DNA of 64,000 nucleotides, from assembly GCA_050248855.1 (NCBI GenBank), contig JBFWRP010000005.1, forward strand, positions 96,001 through 160,000, written 5' to 3'. How positions within the stretch are numbered: the stretch's first letter is position 1; each line of letters starts with the position of its first letter. Positions 1-7,485 of this stretch are shown here, one piece after another. The translations under genes were made by a program, and so were the position numbers. The notes beneath the pieces were generated by a model that saw only the letters and a program-made list of their open reading frames with translations, did no database searches and was not told the origin of the DNA. This DNA is from Planctomycetota bacterium. GTDB taxonomy: Bacteria; Planctomycetota; PLA2; JAEUHO01.

Positions 1-150
1 GAGCGCGTAGCTGATGGCTCCGTCGACGGGGGCCACGGAGAACGCGTGTTTGATGCTGTTCCGACTCGTGCCCGTGGGACTCGGCGGCAGGTCCTTCACG
101 TGGGTGAACTTCGGAACGTAGAAGAGCTCGATGTTGGGATCGTTGATGTT
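1..150 (-). pseudogene. 5'-truncated ORF fragment running off the window edge (NINDPNIELFYVPKFTHVKDLPP...)
   Basis: Open frame 150->1 with typical GC3-rich codons. An in-frame TGA (153-151) lies immediately upstream, exactly where the repeat cluster begins, and there is no start codon at the frame opening. Confidence 0.5.
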
Positions 151-334
151 TCATGCGATTTGCCCGCACTCGGTACTCTCGCACTCGGTACTCTGCAGGA
201 TCCCTGATCTCCTCCGTGAGGGACCGCAGGCGGATCACGCTAGTTCATGGGATTTGCCCGCACTCGGTACTCCTCGGTACCCCCGCTCGGTACCCCCGCG
301 CTAGTGCATGGGACTTTGCCCGCACTCGGTACTC
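151..334. repeat. Cluster of three ~28-35 bp direct repeats, consensus CATG(C/G)GA(C)TTTGCCCGCACTCGGTACTC, with extra CTCGGTAC sub-repeats
   Basis: Copies at ~151-178, ~238-272 and ~297-334. Partial units at 181-193 and 273-296. Confidence 0.85.
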
Positions 335-426
335 CCGCGCCCAACTCGGCGAGGGTCTGGTACGGACCGAGGTGCGCTCCCTGCATCGGCACAGGCTACC
401 GGCTACAAAGTGTGTCGCTGCGGTAC

Positions 427-825
427 TCAGGAGCTAGGCCGCCTGAAGCCCTTCGGGTCAGACAGATAGGCGTCGAGATCGGGATCCTCCGCGGCAGGAT
501 CCGAGTGGTCGATGACCTCGAAGGCGGCACCCAGTTCGTCACGGATCAACGCGAGCAGCGCCTGCGCCGCCGCATTGAACCGATCACACTCTACCTGTCG
601 CCACGGCCCCGGGTCGGGCGGGTAGTCCCAGTTGAGAGACTTGTCATGCCAAGCGGCTAGGTCGGAGCACGCGTCCAGAGTTGCTTGCGAGAGCGGTAGA
701 GGGCAAGGGTCGAAGCAGTCGTAGGGCCCGAAGTCGAAGTCTCGAAACGCAGCGTCATTGAAGGGCCAGAGGCAGCCGCCTTGCCACTCCACGAAGAAGC
801 TGATCACGTACGTCACGATCGACAT
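427..825 (-). CDS. Hypothetical acidic, Trp/Cys-rich protein (132 aa), possibly an immunity-type island gene
   Basis: Protein-like sequence from MSIVTYVISFF. GC is lower than in the backbone, and the gene lies beyond the tRNA att duplication. Confidence 0.7.
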   Translation of the reverse strand: MSIVTYVISFFVEWQGGCLWPFNDAAFRDFDFGPYDCFDPCPLPLSQATLDACSDLAAWHDKSLNWDYPPDPGPWRQVECDRFNAAAQALLALIRDELGAAFEVIDHSDPAAEDPDLDAYLSDPKGFRRPSS

Positions 826-934
826 GCTACGTGGCCGAGGGTGCGGCTTCGTGGCAGGAGGATCGACGCACGGAGACCGAACGCCGACTATGGCCGAGCG
901 GGGAGCCAACTCCCCCGCCATCGCTCCCCATCCA

Positions 935-1008
935 GCGCAAGCGCGGAATGACCTACATGACGTGTACACAAGGGATGGATCCCCGGGTCGGATTTGAACC
1001 GACGACCC
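935..1008 (-). repeat. Duplicated tRNA-Thr 3' end plus flank (att-like site)
   Basis: 976-1008 matches 1121-1153 at 32/33 nt. Similarity extends into the flank (935-975 vs 1080-1120), offset 145 bp. Confidence 0.85.
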
Positions 1009-1120
1009 ACGGGGGGTTTGGAAGGGGGGTACGTAGTACCCCACTTGCCGGAGCGGCGCAGCCGCGACGAACAGTCCGCGCGGAAGCGCGGAACCATCTA
1101 CTTCACATGCACGCAAGGAG

Positions 1121-1195
1121 TGGAGCCCCGGGTCGGATTTGAACCGACGACCCCAGCTTTACGAAAGCTGTGCTCTACCACTGAGCTACCAGGGC
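1121..1195 (-). tRNA. tRNA-Thr(CGT)
   Basis: Reverse complement GCCCTGG-TAGCTCAGTGGTAGAGC-A-CAGCT-TTCGTAA-AGCTG-GGGTC-GTCGG-TTCAAAT-CCGAC-CCGGGGC-T-CCA forms a full cloverleaf with encoded CCA. Confidence 0.97.
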
Positions 1196-1277
1196 GTGGA
1201 ATCGGACAGGGGGAAGAACGTAGTCGCTGGCGGGCCGGAGGCCAAGCCGTGTCACGGGCCGTGGGTGAGGCGCGCGA

Positions 1278-1478
1278 TCAGCGGGAGAGGAACTCCTTGC
1301 TGCGGACGCGAACGCTGCGGGCGCCGGATGTCTTGGTCGTGGCGCCGCGGTTCTTGTCGGCCAGGACACGACGCAGCTTCTTCTCCCAGACGACCTGGAC
1401 GCACTCGCCCACGTACGGGCAGTCCTTCGTGCGGCACACGTAGGTCTCGGAGCCGAAGCAGTCCTTCTTCTTGGCCAT
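1278..1478 (-). CDS. Small basic 4-Cys protein (66 aa)
   Basis: MAKKKDCFGSETYVCRTKDCPYVGEC...; GAGGGAG RBS upstream and strong GC3 codon bias. Confidence 0.7.
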   Translation of the reverse strand: MAKKKDCFGSETYVCRTKDCPYVGECVQVVWEKKLRRVLADKNRGATTKTSGARSVRVRSKEFLSR

Positions 1479-1662
1479 GCGTCTCCCTCGTGGGCCCCGC
1501 AGCGTACCGCGGGCCGCAGCGCCCCCTCAAGGCCCTGCGATGCCCCCCTCGCTCCCACAGGATCGGCAAGATCCCCGGGGGCCTGAAAGCCCGTTCCTGG
1601 GGCGTCAGGGCCTTGTCAGTCGCGCGTGCGGGGCTGGGCGAACGGCGCGCTACGCTGCCGCC

Positions 1663-2061
1663 ATGGCCCCCACCCCCGAGCCGCCCGTCCCCCGCATCGG
1701 CCACGACCTCGTGGACGTCTCCCGCTTCCAGGGCCTCGTGGAGGCCCGCCCGGAGCGCTACGAGGCTCGCGTGTTCACGCCCGGCGAGTGGGCCCATGCC
1801 GCAGGCCGTCCGGACCGCTGGGCGGCCCTGGCCGGCCGCTTCGCCGCCAAGGAGGCCACCTTCAAGGTGCTCGGCACCGGCTGGGGCCAGGGCGTGGCCT
1901 GGACCGACGTGGAGGTCGTGGGCGGCGGTCGCACGGCGCCCTCGCTCAAGCTGTCGGGCGAGGCCGAGCGGGTGGCGATGCGGTTGGGCCTCACGCTGTG
2001 CCTCTCGATCTCGCACACCGACGCGCTGGCCTCGGCCGTCGTCTACGGCTACCCGGCCTGA
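1663..2061 (+). CDS. acpS: Holo-[acyl-carrier-protein] synthase
   Basis: IGHDLVDVSRF, RVFTPGE, LAGRFAAKEATFKVLGTG and LSISH motifs. Confidence 0.93.
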   Translation: MAPTPEPPVPRIGHDLVDVSRFQGLVEARPERYEARVFTPGEWAHAAGRPDRWAALAGRFAAKEATFKVLGTGWGQGVAWTDVEVVGGGRTAPSLKLSGEAERVAMRLGLTLCLSISHTDALASAVVYGYPA

Positions 2062-2080
2062 GCGGCCCTCCCGCCGGGCC

Positions 2081-2115
2081 AAAAAACAAGCGAGGCGTCC
2101 CGAAGGACGCCTCGC
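2081..2115 (-). terminator. Rho-independent terminator
   Basis: Perfect 11-bp stem GCGAGGCGTCC-CGAA-GGACGCCTCGC with an A6 tract on the left (U-tract on minus strand), between convergent genes. Confidence 0.85.
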
Positions 2116-2141
2116 AATCGATCGGAGCCGGTCGGCTCGCG

Positions 2142-4322
2142 CTACTCGGCCTTGGCGGCCACCTGGAGGCGGTGACGGCGGAAGACCTCGAGGCGCTGAC
2201 CGGGCGTCAGGTTGCGCACCTGGCCGAGGGCCTTCAAGGCCGTGGCACCCAGGTCGCCCTCGGCGCCGGCCGCTTCCATGAGGGCTGCGATCTGCGCCTC
2301 GGAGCCGTCGAGCACCGAAAGCACGTTGCCGAGCGCCTCCGCGGCGAGCAGCTTCATCGCGTCATCGCCCTCGGTCAGGGCCTGCGTGAGGGCATCCGCA
2401 CCACCAGCGCGAAGGTTGCCCAGCGCCTTGACGGCGGCCTGCTTGATCTCGTCCGTCGGACCCGAGGTCACGGCCGAAGCCAGCGGACCGACGGCGCTCG
2501 ACAGGTCGAACACGTTGCAGCCCGTGTCGGTACCGGCGAACGCCAGGGCGGCCTTGGCAGCCGTCGCGTTGGCGCGCTCGCGGTCCGGACCCAGGTCGCC
2601 GGCCTCGGCAGCCGCACCGACCTCGCTCGCCACGACGGCCTCGACAAGCGGAGCCTCGATGAAGGCCGCGACCTTGTCGCCGTACTTGTTGGCAAGGAAC
2701 TCCTTGGTGGCCGCGTTCTTGGCCTCGCTGCCCTCGTCGAGGAGGACGACGATGCGCATGTCCTTGGTGCGCGCGTCACGCGTGAGCTCGTCGATGACCA
2801 TGAGCGAGCTGTCGAGCCGCTTGGAGGGCATCGTGTGGCCGCTCTCGCCGAGGTTGGCGCGGACCACCACGACGTCGAGCGTCGGGGCCGTCTTGGCGCG
2901 GTTGGCGCCGATGAAGCCCTGGTGCTCACCGCCCGTCACGAAGCCGGCGGCCTCGAGCGCCATCACGGCCTTGTTGCGGGTGGCATCCACGTCGTCGATC
3001 ACCAGCACCTGGCGGATCGCGCCGCTGGCCGCAGCCTGCGAAGCGAGCGCCGCGACCTTGTCGGCGTTCGGGAAGCCCTGCGTGGGGCTCATGTGAAGCG
3101 CAGCGATCGCCGCGGCAAAGCGGACGCGCTGCTCGGCGCTGTCGAGCGCGGCACCGATCGGATGACCGGCCAAGCTCTCCTGCCCGTACGTGGCGGCCAC
3201 GAGGTCCAAGGCTCCGACGGCGACGTCCCAGTCCTGCGTCTCGAGGCTGTCGGCGAGTGCGTCGCTGGCGGCCTGGAAGCCGAGGCCCTTGGCGAGCGTC
3301 ATGGCGCCGGCCAAGCTCTCGGGAGCCTCCTCGCCACGGGCGGCGAGACCATCAGCCTCGGCGCGCTGGCGAAGGATGGAGCGGACCAGCAGCGAAGCGG
3401 CACCGCGGTGCGAGGCGTCGAGCGCAAGCGCATCCGCCGCGCACTCCTCGGCCATCTGCGCGCCGAAGAGCCACGCCGGCACCTCGTACCGCTCGAGGCT
3501 GCCGTCGTTCCAGCGCCAGACGTCCATCGTGTCGGCGAAGGCGCGCACGGTACCCGGCTCGCGGCTGTAGTAGCGGTTGCCGAGCGCGACGTAGGCGTCG
3601 GCTGCACTGCCCTTGGCGCCGCCCATGGCGACGAGGGCTGCCTCGGCCTTGGCGCGGACGTTCTCGTCCTCGTCGCCCAATGCGCGCTGGAGGGCCGGAC
3701 GCGCGCGCTCGTCACCGATGTGGCCGAGCACGGCTGCCGCGAACGCGCGGACGCGGGCGTTGTCGGACTCGAGCGCCTCGACAAGCGGCAGCGTGCCGTC
3801 GCTGTAGATCTCGCGCAGCGCGATGATCGCGTTGGTGATGGTGGTGCTCTCCTCGCTGGCCAGGTGACCGACCAGGTAGGGCACGGCACGCGCACCGGCG
3901 CGACGCAGCGAGAGGGCAGCCGCACGACGCTCGGCGAAGTCCGAGCTCTCGACGGCCTTGCTGACCGCGTCGCGGATCGCGTCCTCGTCGTTCATCCGCT
4001 CCTGCTCGACCGGCTGGGACTGGCGGAGCAGGTACTTGATGAGCCGCTCGTGGTCGCCGCCCTTGGCCATGGCGTTGAGCAACAGCGACTGCTCGACGTC
4101 GCGGATGACGTTGTAGACCTCCTCCTGCTCCGGGTTGCCGGCGACGTACGCGCGCAGCTTCTCCAGCGCCTCCTCGGCGCGGCCAGCTGCGTAGTCGTCG
4201 AGCGCGGAGCGGAGGTCGTCACCCTCGGCGCAGGCCGTCTGCGGCATCAAGCCGCCGGCACAGAACGCGAAGAAGACGGCGACCGCGAGACCGTGAACGA
4301 CACGAAGGCGGGTTGCCTTCAT
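2142..4322 (-). CDS. Exported HEAT-repeat protein with an internal receiver-like domain
   Basis: Signal peptide; HEAT-like repeats (VRAFAAAVLGHIGDERA; DENVRAKAEAAL); RQVLVIDD...LDVVVVR receiver-like segment. Confidence 0.8.
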   Translation of the reverse strand: MKATRLRVVHGLAVAVFFAFCAGGLMPQTACAEGDDLRSALDDYAAGRAEEALEKLRAYVAGNPEQEEVYNVIRDVEQSLLLNAMAKGGDHERLIKYLLRQSQPVEQERMNDEDAIRDAVSKAVESSDFAERRAAALSLRRAGARAVPYLVGHLASEESTTITNAIIALREIYSDGTLPLVEALESDNARVRAFAAAVLGHIGDERARPALQRALGDEDENVRAKAEAALVAMGGAKGSAADAYVALGNRYYSREPGTVRAFADTMDVWRWNDGSLERYEVPAWLFGAQMAEECAADALALDASHRGAASLLVRSILRQRAEADGLAARGEEAPESLAGAMTLAKGLGFQAASDALADSLETQDWDVAVGALDLVAATYGQESLAGHPIGAALDSAEQRVRFAAAIAALHMSPTQGFPNADKVAALASQAAASGAIRQVLVIDDVDATRNKAVMALEAAGFVTGGEHQGFIGANRAKTAPTLDVVVVRANLGESGHTMPSKRLDSSLMVIDELTRDARTKDMRIVVLLDEGSEAKNAATKEFLANKYGDKVAAFIEAPLVEAVVASEVGAAAEAGDLGPDRERANATAAKAALAFAGTDTGCNVFDLSSAVGPLASAVTSGPTDEIKQAAVKALGNLRAGGADALTQALTEGDDAMKLLAAEALGNVLSVLDGSEAQIAALMEAAGAEGDLGATALKALGQVRNLTPGQRLEVFRRHRLQVAAKAE

Positions 4323-4515
4323 GGATGCCCTCCCTTCGGCGCCCGGTCTTGACGGAACGTCCCTCCACGCCCCGAGCGACCACACGCCTGCAAAACGGCA
4401 GGGATCCCGCGACGAGCGGGCCCTGCCGTGGCGGGAGTGTACGGGGTCGCTCCAAAGCGTGTCAAGATCGGCTCCCCGGAGACGGGCGATCGCTAGATGT
4501 CGAATTGGCAACAAG

Positions 4516-6030
4516 TTAGGTCGTTTCGGGCGAGTTCGTGGCGCTGCCCTCGGAGCGCTTTCCGCGGGAAAGCAACGGCGACAGCGCCCAGGCCACGGCC
4601 AGGGTGACCACGAGACCCAGCGGCGCCTTCCAGATCCCGCTCACGGCCGCGCGGTCGAACCAGCTCGGGGCCGCGCCCCAGATGCGCCCGAGCCACGTCG
4701 CCGCGGCGAAGCCGGCGGCCACCCCCACGAGGACGGCCGGCTCGGGGGGGCGGCGGCGTGGCAGCGCCAAGAGGAAGAGCCCGAGCGCCGGCCCGCTGAA
4801 GAGGGACAACCAGCCGACCAGCTCCTGGAAGACCGTCTCCCCGCGGGCGGAGCCCACCAGCAGCAGGGCCCCACCCGTCGCGAGCAGCCCGTAGGCAAGC
4901 ACCAGGAGGCGGGCCCAGCGCAGCCGCTCCCGGTCGGCGTAGGGCTTGCCCCGCACGGCCTCGATCCCGTCCACGAGGGTGCAGGTGGCCAGGGCGTGGA
5001 CGGCGCTGTCCACGCTGGACATCGCCGCCGCGAAGATCGCCGCCGCCATGACGCCGCCCAGGCCCAGCGGCGCGTGATGGACGAGCCACGTCAAGAGCTC
5101 GCGGTCGGGCGGGGCGTAGCCGGCGCCTTCGCGGGCGAAGAGGGCAGCGCCGAGGAACACGGCCAGCGCCCCCACCACCGCCCCGAGGCCCCAAGCCCCG
5201 AGGACCGCGCGGCGGGCGGAGGCCGCATCGCGGCACGCGGCGTACCGCTGGACCATCTGCTGGTTGGTGCCGCCCACGTAGAGCAGGGGGACGGCGTAGG
5301 CGAGGGAGCCGCTGAGCAGCGTGGGCCACGCCCCCAACGAGACCGACAGGTCCACGGGCGGCCGCCCCACGGCGCCCGTGTTGCTGGCGAGCACGGCGCC
5401 GAGACCGCCAGGCAGCCCGTCGAGCAACAGCCACGCGGCTCCGCCCAAGCCGACGATGACGAGGCCCAGCTGGACCACGTCCGTCCAGACCACGGCGCCC
5501 AGCCCGCCGATCGCGCTGTACGTCATCGCGATCAGGCCGACCAGGAGGATCGAGGAGGCCAGGGGCAGCCCGCTGAAGACCTCCACGGCACGCGCGGTGA
5601 GGAGCAGCAGCATCGAGGACCGCAGCCAGGTGAACAGCACGAAGAGCAAGCTGGCCAGGCTGCGCGAGGCACGGCCCAGACGTTGCTCCAAGAGCTCGTA
5701 CGCCGTGGTCACGCCGGCCTTGCGGTAGGCGGGTACGAAGATCACCACCACGAGGGCGGCCGCGATGAGCTCGCCGGCCCACAGCTGGAGGTAGCCGAAC
5801 CCGCGCAGGTAGCCTTCGCTGGGCAAGCTCACCAGCGAGATCGAGGAGAACGAGGTCGCCAGCAGGCTCGCCGCCACGACCCAGCCCGGCAGCCGGCCGC
5901 CGGCCAGCAGGAACTCCGAGCTGGAGCGCTCGCGGCGCTGCGCACGCCAGGCGACGAAGACCACGACGCCGCCGTACAGGCCGACGATGGCCCAGTCGAG
6001 CCAAGCGAGCAGGGCGAGGGGAGTAACCAC
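4516..6030 (-). CDS. Sodium:solute symporter (SSS) family transporter
   Basis: EFLLAGGRLPGW, TAYELLEQRLG, GGLGAVVWTDVVQ, NQQMVQRY and AAAMSSVDS motifs; multiple TM helices. Confidence 0.92.
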   Translation of the reverse strand: MVTPLALLAWLDWAIVGLYGGVVVFVAWRAQRRERSSSEFLLAGGRLPGWVVAASLLATSFSSISLVSLPSEGYLRGFGYLQLWAGELIAAALVVVIFVPAYRKAGVTTAYELLEQRLGRASRSLASLLFVLFTWLRSSMLLLLTARAVEVFSGLPLASSILLVGLIAMTYSAIGGLGAVVWTDVVQLGLVIVGLGGAAWLLLDGLPGGLGAVLASNTGAVGRPPVDLSVSLGAWPTLLSGSLAYAVPLLYVGGTNQQMVQRYAACRDAASARRAVLGAWGLGAVVGALAVFLGAALFAREGAGYAPPDRELLTWLVHHAPLGLGGVMAAAIFAAAMSSVDSAVHALATCTLVDGIEAVRGKPYADRERLRWARLLVLAYGLLATGGALLLVGSARGETVFQELVGWLSLFSGPALGLFLLALPRRRPPEPAVLVGVAAGFAAATWLGRIWGAAPSWFDRAAVSGIWKAPLGLVVTLAVAWALSPLLSRGKRSEGSATNSPETT

Positions 6031-6063
6031 GGGCGGAACCTACGCGCCGCCCCCGACGGCGCG

Positions 6064-7485
6064 TCAGGAGCGGCCCACCAGGAGATCGGCCAGCGCCGCC
6101 TCCAGCTCGGGCCCGTGGCCCACGACGCCCGCCACGCCCTCGAGCATGGCCGGCGCCAGGGCCACGCGAGGCGTGCCCGGCGGCAGGTCCGCCAGCCAGG
6201 CAGCGAGCGGCGCCGACACGCCGGCGGCCCCCTTCCACGCCCGGACCTCGGCCGCGACGACCACGGCGGCGGGAGCGACCTCGCCGACGGGCGGCAGCGC
6301 ACCCGCGCGCGAGAACACACGTCGCACGGGCAGACCCGCGGCCGCGATGCGCTCGAGCAACACCGCGCCATGCACGGGGGCCTCCGGCGTGCCATCGTCA
6401 TCCACCACGAGCACGGCCTCTGCGGACCGCACGCAGCCGGCCAGCGGGCCCACCGCGCGACGCGCCACCGCGGCCACGACCTCGGCGGCCGCGTCGGGCG
6501 GGGCCGCCGGGAGGCGCCGACCCCAGGTCGCTTCCAACCGCCGGCGTGCGGCCTCGGCCTGTTCGGCCAGCCGCTTCGCACGGCCCGTGTCCACGTCGAA
6601 CAGCTGCGCGGCGACCGCCTCGGGATGCTCGGGGTAGAGCAGCACGTCGATGCCGGCTTCGAGCGCGCGGCGCGCGGCTTCCGTCTCGTCGACGCCCTCC
6701 CCCAGCGCACCGGCCATGAGCAGCGCGTCGCTCACGAGCAACATCGGATGCTCGGGATCCCCGAGGCTGCGCGCCTCGTCGCACAGCACGCGGCTGAACG
6801 TGGCGACGACGCCGCTCGGGTCGAGCGCGGGGTAGCGCACGTGCGCGGTCATGAACGCGCGACAGCCCGCGCGCGCAGCCGCGACGAACGGGGGGATGTC
6901 GCGGGCACGCAGCTCGGCGGCCGAGGCCTCGACGAGCGGACACGCATCGTGGCTGTCGTCCACCGTCGGGCCGTGACCCGGCCAGTGCTTGCCCACCGGG
7001 AACGCGCCGCCCGCGAGCGCACCGCGGCAGTAGGCCGCGCCCAGCTCCGCGACGCGCGCCGCGTCGCTGCCGAAGGACCGCGCGCCCACGATCGGGTTGC
7101 GGGGCTCGCTGCGCACGTCGAGCACGGGCGCGAAGAGCACGTCGACGCCAGCCCGCCGGGCCTGCGTGGCGGCAGCGCGCGCGATGGCCTCGACGTCGCC
7201 GACGGTGGCCACGGTGCCGAGCACGCCGAGCGGTGGATGCGTGGCGAGCCCCCGCACCTGCTGCCCGCCGCCGCGCTCCATGTCGCTGGCAAAGCGCAGC
7301 TCGCGGCCCGCCACGTCCTCGAGGTCGCGAACGAGCGCGGCCACCTGCCCGAGCTCGCCGCCAAACAGGCAAAAGCCCATCACCCACGGCTCGCGTGCGC
7401 GCTCGAGCGCTCGCCGGGACTCCCCCCGCGCATCGCGGTCGAGCCGAACGCCGGGCATGAGCAACGGCGTCGCGAGCGGCTTCAC
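6064..7485 (-). CDS. Glycoside hydrolase family 3, NagZ-like beta-N-acetylhexosaminidase
   Basis: SDMERG, FAPVLDV, NPIVGARSFG, KHWPGHG-x4-DSH, MTAH and SDALLM motifs. GTG start overlaps the upstream stop (GTGA). Confidence 0.88.
   Translation of the reverse strand: MKPLATPLLMPGVRLDRDARGESRRALERAREPWVMGFCLFGGELGQVAALVRDLEDVAGRELRFASDMERGGGQQVRGLATHPPLGVLGTVATVGDVEAIARAAATQARRAGVDVLFAPVLDVRSEPRNPIVGARSFGSDAARVAELGAAYCRGALAGGAFPVGKHWPGHGPTVDDSHDACPLVEASAAELRARDIPPFVAAARAGCRAFMTAHVRYPALDPSGVVATFSRVLCDEARSLGDPEHPMLLVSDALLMAGALGEGVDETEAARRALEAGIDVLLYPEHPEAVAAQLFDVDTGRAKRLAEQAEAARRRLEATWGRRLPAAPPDAAAEVVAAVARRAVGPLAGCVRSAEAVLVVDDDGTPEAPVHGAVLLERIAAAGLPVRRVFSRAGALPPVGEVAPAAVVVAAEVRAWKGAAGVSAPLAAWLADLPPGTPRVALAPAMLEGVAGVVGHGPELEAALADLLVGRS

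Noticed and set aside
151..334. CRISPR array
   Set aside because: Only three imperfect repeats with irregular spacing; one 'spacer' is made of sub-repeats, and there are no cas genes.
976..1008. Second tRNA gene
   Set aside because: Only the 3' part (T-arm and acceptor strand) is present; there is no anticodon or D arm.
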